Below, one piece after another: positions 38,582 through 49,700 of a stretch of 64,000 nt of DNA. This DNA comes from Hypanus sabinus. Lineage: Eukaryota. The stretch is taken from the NCBI RefSeq assembly GCF_030144855.1, contig NC_082708.1, positions 170,562,001 to 170,626,000 on the forward strand. The letters are read 5' to 3'. A program made the translations under genes and the position numbers. A model generated the notes under the pieces. It saw nothing but the letters and a program-made list of their open reading frames with translations. It did no database searches and was not told where the DNA came from. Each line of letters opens with the position of its first letter. The stretch's first letter is position 1.

Positions 38582-41130
38582 TGTGAGAGACTTTACTCTG
38601 TTCGGGAACAGAAATAAAGACACAGACCTCAGTATAAGGTTAATCCTTTAATATGTGATCACGGGGAGCCATTGTCTTACGACTGCACCAAAGTCAGGAT
38701 ACTTATGAAACTTATACTGAAAATTTTAGGCAGTAGCCAACAGCTAAATGTACTTGATCAGAGATTCCAAGAAACGCTTGTTAGGTATTGACAAGCTTTC
38801 CAGTGTTCTCATGTGATACACAAAATTAGAATCGCACATCTACAATCAGTTCCTCTATTAGCTGGACAATCTCAGACAAAGGTTAACAATACCTCACCTC
38901 TATCATGATCTATTTAGAGCTGTTGTTAGCACACACAAACAAGGCAGCATCTGTATCGTATCCTGTCTCTGTCATGACACAAGTGTTGATCAATATTTAG
39001 CTAACCATGCTTAACAACAAAATTTAATTAAAAAATTAATTTTATTCTTAATTTTCTTCCACAGTCCCCTTCTTTTTGATCATCAGTTTAACATTAGCCT
39101 TATCTCTCACCCACCTCTTGAGGATGTTGCTTCTTTATTTCCCCAATGAGGAAAGGCCTCAGATTAAAACAGCCTTCTTCATCATATTCTGGATCATAAG
39201 GTTCCAGATCAACTTGCGAGGATCATTTTACAGGAATGATGGAGGCTGAGCTATCCAGGAACAGGCGCATCGTACAACCATGACCAATGTGATCATTGCT
39301 AAAATTAGCCTGAAATAGATAAGGGTTCTCCACCATAAAGCAGTCTTTTCTCTGCACCTACTCCTTCCCATTAACTGAGCTGTCCTACTTCTCCAGTATC
39401 AGCACCTTTCAGCTGTTTGAGTAGCTACTTACAATCTAGGTACATTATGATCTGTTAAATTATAATTAGACATATACCATCACTCAAAGAAATTTCCCTT
39501 AGAGAATAGCGATCTGATTGACATTCATGTAGCTTGTTCTTCTGTTGATTATCTATTCCCTCCTGTATCCATTCCTTCTTTTGTCTGGTCAATAATATTA
39601 AAATTGTTGGTTATTTTATTGAAGCATTCTTGCCTCTTTTTATTGAAGGGAATTGGCTCACTGCATAGGAATCCCCATCTTTACCCATAAACTAACCACA
39701 TTAAGTCCATATAAACTGAGCCTAAGTGAATATTATAGCTCTTCCCCAGCATAATGAACCCCAATAGTCCACATAACAAAAATTATTTCTTCATAAATCA
39801 TGCGTCTGGCTAGCACTGCTAAATTTGAATGGAACCCCTAATCTGGGATATATTTCCTTCATGGATATCTTAACTATGGATTGAGTATCATTTTCTTCTA
39901 GTGGAAAGGCCTCCAACCATTTGGAGGTCCGGAACGGTTCCCCTTTAAATTTAGTTAGGTTGTGTTATGATCCGGACCATTGACTCCTTGTTCCCTTCTA
40001 ATTCCGTTTCACGTGTCCCTTGACCTTGGCCATTAAGGTAATCTACTCTCGACCCGAACGGGCAGTTTATAAGCCACTGGCTTTAGCCATTTGGGGCCAG
40101 AGTGTTAAGAAGCCTTAGCAAGTCACCGTCGCTACTACAAGCCAGAGTTATCCAGCTCGCATCGGAGTACTGGCAATTGGCCTTCCTTCACCAGAATGGG
40201 TCCGGGCAAGGTCAAAATGCCAGGGGCAAGTTGAAGGCGGAGTCCTGGCTCGATGTTCATGCCCAGTGTCCGTGTCTATCTCTCGAAGAAGAGTCCTGTC
40301 TCAGTGCCTGAGTTGAAGGCGGAGTCCTGGCTTGACTGTGTTTGGTGCCCAGGTTTCTGGCTGCGGTGAATCAAGGTCCCATTTTCCTAGTCCAAGGTCC
40401 GCGGCGATCCAAGTTCCTAGTCTCCTAGTCCGAGGTTTGTGTTGCTCTTTGTCCTCCTTGATTTCCCGGTTCTCTGTGTAGTGAGTAATAAACGCTATTT
40501 TATTGAACCTAAGAAAGACGTGTTTGTGTCCCGCTTGTGGGTCCTCTCCCACACCCTTGCCCCCACCTTGTGACACATAATTACTATCACTAATAGATAT
40601 TTATAACCTCCACTGGTAGGCATGTTCATAAAGTCTATCTTTAAATTGGCAAATGGTGCCTTCATGGGTGGCAAATGATCAAATTCAACAGGTGACTTTC
40701 GTCCATTGTTTTTCTGGCAAATCTCACAGATTGGTATAACCTGAACTGCAATTACTGTTAGTCCAGGTGCAAATCATTTTTGATGTATAATACCCCTGAT
40801 TCTGGGGACACACAGGGTGATTATTTAAGTGTCTCCACACCCTCTGAGTCCCTAAAACTCTGCTTCACCTTGTGTACTCCCTGCCCCTTTTCTGGGGTCC
40901 CATCTTGCATGGAATTTAAATCTTGCAGGTTTGGGGTCAGGGTTACAGGAGTACATTGCTCCTGCATATGTACCAGCATAGCTTTTCCTGTATTAGCAGC
41001 TTATTTAGCAGCTGTGTTAGCAGCAGCATTTCCCTTAGTTATGGGGTCTGAGGCAATAATGTGAGCTTTGCACTGAATGACAGTAATTTGTTTGGGCAAC
41101 TGCACTGCTTGTAGCATTTTCTGAGGTCTG
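38582..41130 (-). mobile_element. Endogenous retrovirus remnant (RNase H, integrase, env TM-like segment, PPT, 3' LTR)
   Basis: Minus strand: LPKQITVIQCKAH..KGNAAA (RNase H); CEICQKNN..PFANLKIDF..GYKYLLVIV and SKWLEAFP..RLGVP (integrase); hydrophobic WWRTLIYFRLILAMITLVMVVRCAC; PPT AAAAGAAGGGGAC; LTR 39063-38582 (TG..CA). Confidence 0.75.
39926..40575 (+). mobile_element. Solo LTR, same family as 29742-30428, inserted in the ERV integrase
   Basis: Reverse-complement similarity to 29742-30428; ends TGACA; AATAAA near 40487. Confidence 0.85.
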
Positions 41131-41489
41131 CATGCTGAATGGGTCTACATGCAGAAGTAATGAACCCGCAAAGGTGCCAAAGTGACCCAGAATCATGTAC
41201 CACCCTGAAGGCATACCTAGAGATTGTATAGATGTTAAATTAATCATTCTTGCAGGCATTTGCAGGAAAGAAGAAATGGAGTAGAATTTGATGAAAAATG
41301 TGACATAAATAGATAAAGACAAAAAAACAACTAAAAGCAAGGTGACCAAAACTGAACACACCATTCCAAGTGTGTCTTCACCAACGTCTTATGTAACTGC
41401 TGCATAACATCCCACTTCTATGCACTGTGACTTAATCAATGAAAGCCAGCATAACTAAAGCCTGTTTCACCATCCAAATGTGCTGGAAT

Positions 41490-42255
41490 AGTAGGGTTGC
41501 AATCTCTGCTCAACTGAATGTGTGTTGCCTGGTGTGGGACGGGTCCTTGATTATGTTGCCTGCTTTCCTGTGTGAGTGGGAAGTGTAGACAGAATCAATA
41601 GAAGGGAGGCAGGTTTGCATGATAGACAGAGCTGTGTTCACAATTCTGTGCAATTTCTTCCAGCCTTGGGGAGAACAGTTGCCATACCAAGCTGCAGTAC
41701 AGCTAGATAGGATGCTTTCCACAGTGCATCAATAAAATTACACAATAACTCTATATAAGGGTACTGTGGGAGGTGAGGAGATTGCTGAACCTCTGGTGAT
41801 GGTCTCTGCATCATCAATGGGGATGGGAGAGGTTCTGGAGGAATGTGGTTCCTTTATTCAAGAAAGGGAATAGAGATAGCCCAGGAAACTATTCTATTGG
41901 AGAGATATTTGGAGAGATATAATATGAATAGGAATAGCTCGCATGGATTTGTCAAGGGCAGGTCATGCCTTCCGAGCCTAATTGATTTTTTTGAGGATGT
42001 GACTAAACACATTAATGAAGGAAGAGCCGTAGATGTGGTGTACATGGATTTCAGTAAGGCATTTGATAAAGTACCCCGTGCAAGGCTTATTGAGAAAGTA
42101 AATAGGCATGGGATACAAGGGGAAATTGCTTTGCAAGGCTTACCTATGCCTTGTATAGGTAAACCTGGTAATTTTTGTAAGGTAGGGAGATGTTCGGCAG
42201 AACTTTGTGGACCGAAGGGCCTGTATTGTACTGTTGGTTTTCTATGTTTGTATTC
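41490..42255. mobile_element. Rex1/Babar fragment (minus) followed by a CR1 fragment (plus)
   Basis: ESILSSCTAAWYGNC motif; HGFVKGRSCL..VDVVYMDFSKAFDKVP motif. Confidence 0.75.
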
Positions 42256-45250
42256 TATATAATCCCACAAGAGACATGCTGACTGTCATTAGAGAGATAC
42301 TTAATTTCCTTAACCTTCTGAGGAAGCAGGGGTTTTGGAGTTCTTTCCTGCTCATCACATCTAGAACACAGTTTGTCACTGGATCAGGACAAGTTGTTGC
42401 TGATATTTAGACCTGGTACCTGACACTTTCAATTTGCTCCACCTCAGCAACATTAAATAGGCATAGACTGGGACAGGATCTCCTGAAGTCAATGACTTAG
42501 TTATTCGGTTTTATGACATTAAGGGAAAGGTTGTGTGTTGACACTGTGTCACAAGATTCACCAACTTCTTTGTGTGTGTTGCTCTGGACTTCCAGCATCT
42601 GCAGAATCTCTTGTGTTAATGCATCATTTGTGTTAACCAAACGCATCGAAGGACATGTCGTTTATATGTGGTTTTGGAATGTCCCATTCTTTTTGTAATA
42701 TGATATCAACTGAAATGTCAGGGGTATTGATGGGGTGGATGGCAGGAAACAACCTCTTCTGTGCACAATTCTAGATGCATCGGTATTGGAGAGGTGTGAT
42801 TGCACTAGAGAGGGTCCAGTGCAGATTTCCAATGATATTGTCAGCACTGGAAAGTTGCACCAGTGAGGAAAGATTGAATAACCTGGCATTGTTTTCTATG
42901 GAATAGAGAAAGCTGAGGAGAGATTTAATTGATGTAAATAAATTTTTAGCAGTCAAAATAGAGTAAAATAGGAAGGACAATCTTCCCTTAGCAGAGGGTA
43001 GTAGAGGCAGTGGTGGTGGGGTGTGGTCAAAAAACAGAGACAAACATGCAAAGTCATTGGAAGTAGGGTTGGATTGCGTGGTGAGAGGGAGATAAGGCCT
43101 TTCTCAAATAGAATCAAGAATTCAAACAGCACTTATGCAGTTCAAACTTATGAAAGTATGTATACATCATGCAACCTTGAGATTTTTCTGCTTACAGGCA
43201 GCTAAGAAACAAGAAAACTGAAAGAACCCAGTTTAAAAAAAAAGAAAGACCAAGACCCAATCCTCAGAGAAAGAGAAAAAAACTCAAATCATATAAACAT
43301 AAACAATCCAAATCAAATTGAGTCCATAGCTCCAAATCCCCGGAGCATCCAAACCAGGGAGAAATCTTCAGTCTCAGTTCATCATAGTACCTGGACAAAT
43401 CACAGTGAAGCTTGTAGACATGAAACACAGCAGCCAAAGAGTTCACAGTATCATCACTGGAGAGAGAGGAGTGAATATCGTTGGGAAGCATGAAAAATCG
43501 GCCCAACCCTTGCCTCTGTTCCCTACACCCTGCCTTTCCAGCTCATCTGAGCCAGTGTTTAAATTGTCCAAATACAGAAATGCATCCCATATTCAGACCC
43601 ACGCCCCGGCACAGCAATACTCTCATGGTCTAGTCCTTGCCCTCCAGCCCAAATCCATTCTCAACCTCTCCAAATTGGCTCGGTGCTCAGAGCAATCGAA
43701 TTTCGCACATGGCTTAGGTAGATGGGGATCATATCTTCTCTGCCTCGACTCCTCCTCACTCCAACTCCATCTCTCAACAGTGACGCCATCTCCATCTCAA
43801 ACATGTTATGTTTCAAATCTGATTCAGCTTCATTTCTGCTTGCCTTTTTATTGTTTGCAACAATTTACTTCAGAAAATAACTTTGTAATAATGTTCTCAG
43901 TCAAATTACTTGCCTTTTGAACTACCAGTCAGCTGTCACTTGTCTGACACAGAAGGCTCTGGAATTCTCTCCTTGAAGAACTAGTTGAACTGAATATGAA
44001 GTTGAAAAGTTGTGACTTAGTGTTTTAGGTCAAGGGTGGGAAATCTGAATAAGGCTGCATGTTTCTTTATGACACACATCTGGATGATGGGCTGAATTGC
44101 CTCTATCTGTCTTGTAATTTTTCTTCTAGTTTGTGTTCTCCTTTCGACCAGCATGATAGTACTATTTAGCCTCTAACTTCTCTTTGAAGAAAGAGTTTGG
44201 TCACAAAGCTCCCAAATTTAGCTTAAACCATGTGAGCTACTGAACCATAAATCTATTCTTGTCATTAACCAAAAAAAAGAGAATGGTAATTTTCTCATTT
44301 CCATTTCCCTAACACCCAAGCCCAAACATCGCCATTTTTTCCTTCAGTATGATTTATAGAATCATAGAAACATAGAAAACCTACAGCACAAATACAGGTC
44401 CTTCAGCCCACAATGCTGTGCCGAACAATTACTTACTTTTGAAATTACTAGGGTTGCCTACAGCTATCTATTTTTCTAAGTTCCATGTATCATGAATGAA
44501 TATTATGAATGGATTTTAGCCAATGATCAGGCATGGTCTTACCGAGTGATGATAGTACACAGTTAGGGGCTGAATAGCCTGTTCCTGATCCTATTTCCTG
44601 CATTCACAAACTGACTTCTGAAACAGAGTTGTCCTCAACTTGAGTTTGTTTGTTTTTTTCTTTTTGATCAGCAGTGAAAACACTGCTTAGAATGTATTGC
44701 TCTAGACTCTCTTGGAAATGGACATCACTGGTATGGTGGCTGTTGTATATTGGTTGTTCTGACTGAAAGGCAAATTCAGCAGCTTCATCCAAAGTTCATG
44801 TTGTACCTTCCATTCACTCTACTGTGGTTCTTTGTATTGGGATTTGGTTATCATGAACAACACTTTTCTGAAACTTTCAAAGTCTTTGATGCTCTGTCAA
44901 TGTTCAGTCCCACCTCCTACTTTATTATTTCCTGGTACTTTTAGCCCCAAAGACAACTTTCTAAATCACAGTAATTTGAACTATTAATTTTCACCTTGCC
45001 CTTGATTGTGATGATCTTTATGCATTGAAGTACTAAAGTAATGCTTAATTGGTAAATGATATTCAGATTGGAATCATGTTTTGAATCAATTAAGTATTTA
45101 TAAAATTAAAATGTTGGGGTTATGGACTGACCTCAGGAGGATCATGAGTAGTACAGTTTGAGAATTCATTATAATGGTTTAGAAAATATAATTGGAATTC
45201 AACAAATTAGCAAAATTAATATATTCCAGCGCACTGATCATTTTTGTGGG

Positions 45251-45257
45251 TATAAAA
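45251..45257 (+). promoter_or_regulatory. TATA box of the oxytocin-like gene
   Basis: TATAAAA 78 bp upstream of the ATG, matching the short 5' UTR of OT/VT genes. Confidence 0.75.
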
Positions 45258-45328
45258 AGAGAGCAGAAGGGAAGTTGCTCAGAACAGTTTGGAACGTTTC
45301 CTGTGTCCAGATACATCAGGAGAACATC

Positions 45329-45448
45329 ATGCAGTCTACTTGCCTCATCGTTGCACTCCTCTGTCTCATCTCCTTCTCTTCAGCTTGCTACATCAACAAC
45401 TGTCCCATCGGAGGCAAAAGATCCATCGTGGACATGGAGATCAGACAG
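45329..45448 (+). CDS. OXT: Oxytocin-family prepro-hormone exon 1: signal peptide, nonapeptide CYINNCPIG, GKR, neurophysin 1-9
   Basis: MQSTCLIVALLCLISFSSA-CYINNCPIG-GKR-SIVDMEIRQ; 120 coding nt; phase-0 donor CAG|GTAAGG. Confidence 0.97.
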
Positions 45449-46009
45449 GTAAGGAGTAAATTTCTTCACATCTTTGATAATAATGCCTTGTAAGGGAATA
45501 ACACCTTTATTATTCAAAGGACTTTTTACAATTGGAAAACCGGTACAAATATTGAAATTTCTGTCGACTTGAAGATCGTACAGGGTTCTTTTCATGTTCC
45601 ACAGAGATTCATTCGGATAGTTCTTAAGCAAGGGTGGCTTCCAACCAGGTAGTCGGTGTTGTAAGAATCAGTGATCTGACCTTGTTCCGTAAAGACACTG
45701 AATTCAAATCCCCTCATCAAAACCCGTGGTTTCAGTGTGTCATTGAAAATGATACTTGACTCTCCAAACAGTTTTTTTTTGCAATTCCATAAAATGGATA
45801 AATCTAAAATTATCTCATGGAAATTTACTAAATAATTCTGAGAAAGGTGGAAGTTTCAGTGCCCGGTTATGTCTAAGCAAAGTGCAGTGTGACGTAATTG
45901 GAAGAAATGTACAGAATTCAGAACCACTGATATTGAGCAGGGGTTTCACTTTAAGAGGCTGCTCTGACATGATGATGGTACCACACAGAGAGTTTTGGCA
46001 CCTTTTTTG

Positions 46010-46390
46010 GTGTTTAGATGTTGGAGTTCAATAAAATGCATTGTGGGTTTCATAAAACATAAAATGCCCCACTTTATTTTATTTGTAAAAACCTACATTG
46101 GTAACCACAATACATTAGGATGATTCCAGAGTTATTGAACATGTTGCCCGGTGCAGTTGCTTTGAAACTGCTGGAGTTTTGGGAGCCAAATGCTGTCAGT
46201 TGGTTTCTGCGAGAAATCACAGCCAATGACAACAAATTCTACTACATGATGGAGTCCCTCATCAACTGCATGGTTGTGAAATTGTTAAGTGAGCTTGAAC
46301 ATGATAAATAGCGATGGCTGAAAACAGTTGCTCCCCTTGCCTAGCTTCGGCAATGCGAGGCTTTCGGAGCTAATAGACCACAAGCTAGAA
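46010..46390 (+). mobile_element. Gypsy remnant (LTR end, PBS, gag start); matching LTR piece at 52283-52366
   Basis: ...AAACCTACA-TTGGTAACC followed by VALKLLEFW..A.SWF..FYY gag; the LTR segment recurs at 52283-52366. Confidence 0.6.
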
Positions 46391-46683
46391 GGGCTGATTG
46401 ATAAGTTCATAGCCTAAGGAAGAAGGAGTCAATTTTAAAAAACCTAGCACATTTATTTTTCAAACATAGTCCCCTCCTACATTTACACAGTTAGTCCAGT
46501 GGTCGTGGAGCATACGGATCTTGGACCTCCAGAAAGTGTCCACAGCATGGGTGATTGATAGGTTCGTGGCCTAAGGTAGAAGGAGATGAGATAATAACTT
46601 CAAACTTTCTGCATGTGCATGTAACAAGAGCTGTATAACTCATCTGTCTACCTTAGGCCACAAACTTATCAAACACCCCTGTA
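46390..46683. mobile_element. Mariner-type MITE with three TIR copies
   Basis: GGG(C)TGATTGATAAGTTCRTRGCCTAAGG at about 46390 and 46549, with an inverted copy at about 46651-46681 ending in TA. Confidence 0.65.
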
Positions 46684-46749
46684 TTTCTCCTTGTTTTCAA
46701 TCAAAATTGTTTTATTTTTAAATAACTCTTCATTCAGCATGTTGCTGGC

Positions 46750-49700
46750 ATCTGGGTCTATTGACTGGAAATCCATACACAATTGATCAAGTGGCCCCAC
46801 AATTTGCAAGTGGGACAATGAAGCGGCCCTTGTAGGCTGCATCTTCTTCTGTATACATCAAATGCACGACTTGCAGTACTCTTCAACCTCTGGCTACATT
46901 TGGGGCCAGTAGGACCGATCTCTGAGAAATCTGTAGGTTTTGCCAACCCCCATATGGCCATAATCATCATGAAATAACTTTAATGCAATCCCTTGATACT
47001 TCTCAACCAGAACCAGCTGGAAATGCCGAGGGCCGCACAGAGGCGATGAGATCTGGTACAGCATCTGCTTCCTCAATGCCAATCTGGGTCATTCTCTCAG
47101 TAGTAGAGGCACCACAGAGTGTTTCATCTTGTTTGTTTGGGCTGTGTCCCCCTTCGCAACTGCTGACCAAACAGTACCAATACACGGGTCTTCTTGCTGA
47201 GCAGCTGCCACTTCCCCAGGGCTCAATTCTGGCAACTGCTTTGGTTTCAGAGTGGTCAGGGTGCAGTAAGCTTGTGGATTGGCACCATCAGAAGCTCCCA
47301 AATGATCTACCACTCGATTCTGCCCTTGTCTTTCCTCTGCCTTCCCCGTGATGGAAATCTGGCACATGGCATTGACTTCAGGGGCAGGAATGCTCTTTCA
47401 CTCTCCGTCCCTGTCCAGCCCTTCATGTGCATGTTGGGACAACGTCATCAATATTCCAACTTCCTGTCCAGTACTTCAGGCTGAAATCATAGGCAGACAA
47501 CGATGCCAACCACCGACGACCTACAGCATCCAATTTCGCCGAGGTTAGGATATAAGTTAATGTGTCCTTCCTCACCTCGAACTTGACACCATTTAGATAG
47601 ACGCTTAGCTTGGCCACCACAGCACAGTTCAATGCCAGGAACTCTAATTTGTATGTGGGGTAGTTTCACTCAGAAGGTGACAGACTCTGGCTGACAAATG
47701 CAGCAGATCTCAACCCTGTGCCCTGATCCTGATACAGAACATGCCCTAAGCTCTCTCTGTTGGCATCTGTTTGCAAAACATATGGCAACTGGGGGTCTGC
47801 AAAAACCAGCACAGGCACTTTCGTCAGCAGCTCCTTCAGCAACTGAAATACCTCTTTGCATTTGAAGTTTTGTCCTTGCCGACTGGGTCTGAATAAACCA
47901 ATGCTAATATATCAAGGTCTGCACCTACTCCAACACCGGCCTCCAAAAACTCCAGCTTCAAATACAAGTAACTATTGTACAGATAGTCATCTGTACTAAG
48001 ACCCCAGATCTCTAGCGCACTGAGTGACATCAATGGTAAATGAGTTAAATACCAGTTGGAAAACAAACGGTACAGCAAAGTAACCTGAGAGTCGAGATCA
48101 AGTAGGGCTCAAGCATAAATACCCTCAATCAGTAGCAATACACTAGAGCTTGGCCCCCTCTAAGTTTTCAGGGATAGGGTTGTTTGCTACTGTGCCACAA
48201 GCTCCTATACCACTGCCTGAGGTGAGTTATCAGTGGTCACTTCAGCCAAGAGGGCTACTACCAAAGACTGTACCCTGCTGATGGAGGCTGCCCACACCTC
48301 CATCGCATTCTCTTCCTCTCTTACTTCTCTGATCAGCTCAACAAACAAGGGTTCTGGGCACATCTTATGAGAGATTCAGAGATCCTAAGCGATCAGGTCC
48401 GGTGACTGGGTGCCTTTCACCACTTGGTCCATTCTGAACTGCTTCACATTAACTGTGAGAGAGGCAAGCAATTCAGCTGCTTCTCTAACACAAAAATGTA
48501 AGATAGAAACATAGAAGACCTACATCACAATACAGGCCCTTCAACCTACAAAGCTGTGCCGATCATGTCCTCACCTTAGAAATTTCGTAGGCTTACCCAT
48601 AACGCTCTATTTTTCTAAGCTCCATGTAGCCATCCAGGAGTCTCTTAAAAAACACTATTGTTTCCACCTCTACCACCGCCACCGGCAGCCCATTCCATAC
48701 TCTCACCACTCTCTGTATAAAAAAAAACCTACCCCTGACATCTCTTCTCTACCTACTTCCAAGCACCTTCAAACTGTGCACTCTCGTGCTAGCCATTTCA
48801 GCCCTGAGAAAAACCTCTGACTATCCACACAATCAATGCCTCTCATCATCTTATACACTTCTATCAGGTCACCTCTCATCCTCTGTTGCTGAAAGGAGAA
48901 AAGGCCGAGTTCACTCAACTTATTCTCATAAGGTGTGGTCCCTAATCCAGGCAACATCCTTGTAAATCTTCTCTGCACCCTTTCTATCCTTCCTTCCACA
49001 TCCTTCCTGTAGTGAGGCAACCAGAACTGAGCACAGTACTCCAAGTGGGGTCTGACCAGGGTCCCATATAGTTGCAACATTACCTCTCAGCTCCTAAACT
49101 TAACCCCATGATTGTTGAAGACCAATGCACCGTATGACTGCTGAACCACAGAGTCAAACTGCGTAGCAGTTTTGAATGTCCTATGGACTTGGACCCCAAG
49201 ATCCCTCTGATCCTCTACACTACCAGGAGTCTTGCCATTAATGTTATATTCTGCCATCATATTTGACCTACCAAAATGAACCACCTCATACTTACCTGGG
49301 TTGAACACTATCTGCCAGTTCTCAGCCCAGTTTTGCATCTTATCAATTTCCCGCTGTGACCTCTGACAGCTGTCCACACTATCCACAACGCCTCCAACCT
49401 TTGTGTCAACAGCAAATTTACTAACCCATCCCTCCACTTCCTCATCCAGGTCATTTTTTTAAAAACCAGAAAGAGTACGGGTCCCAGTGCAAATCCCTGA
49501 GGCACACTAATGGTCACCGACCTCAAGCAGAATATGACTCATCTACAACCACACTTTGCCTTCTGTGGGCAAGCCAGTTCTGGATCCACAAAGCAATCTC
49601 CCCTTGGATCCCATGTCTCTTTACTTTCTCAGTAAGCCTTGCATAGAGTACCTTATCAAATGCCTTGCTGAAATCCATGTACACTACATCTACTTCTCTA

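Noticed and set aside
43405-43920. 171-aa ORF upstream of the hormone gene
   Set aside because: Non-ATG start, no recognisable homology, and it sits in repeat-like sequence.
45158-45493. 111-aa single-exon ORF as the hormone precursor
   Set aside because: It starts at a TTG upstream of the TATA box and reads through the intron. The real CDS starts at ATG 45329 and splices at 45448.
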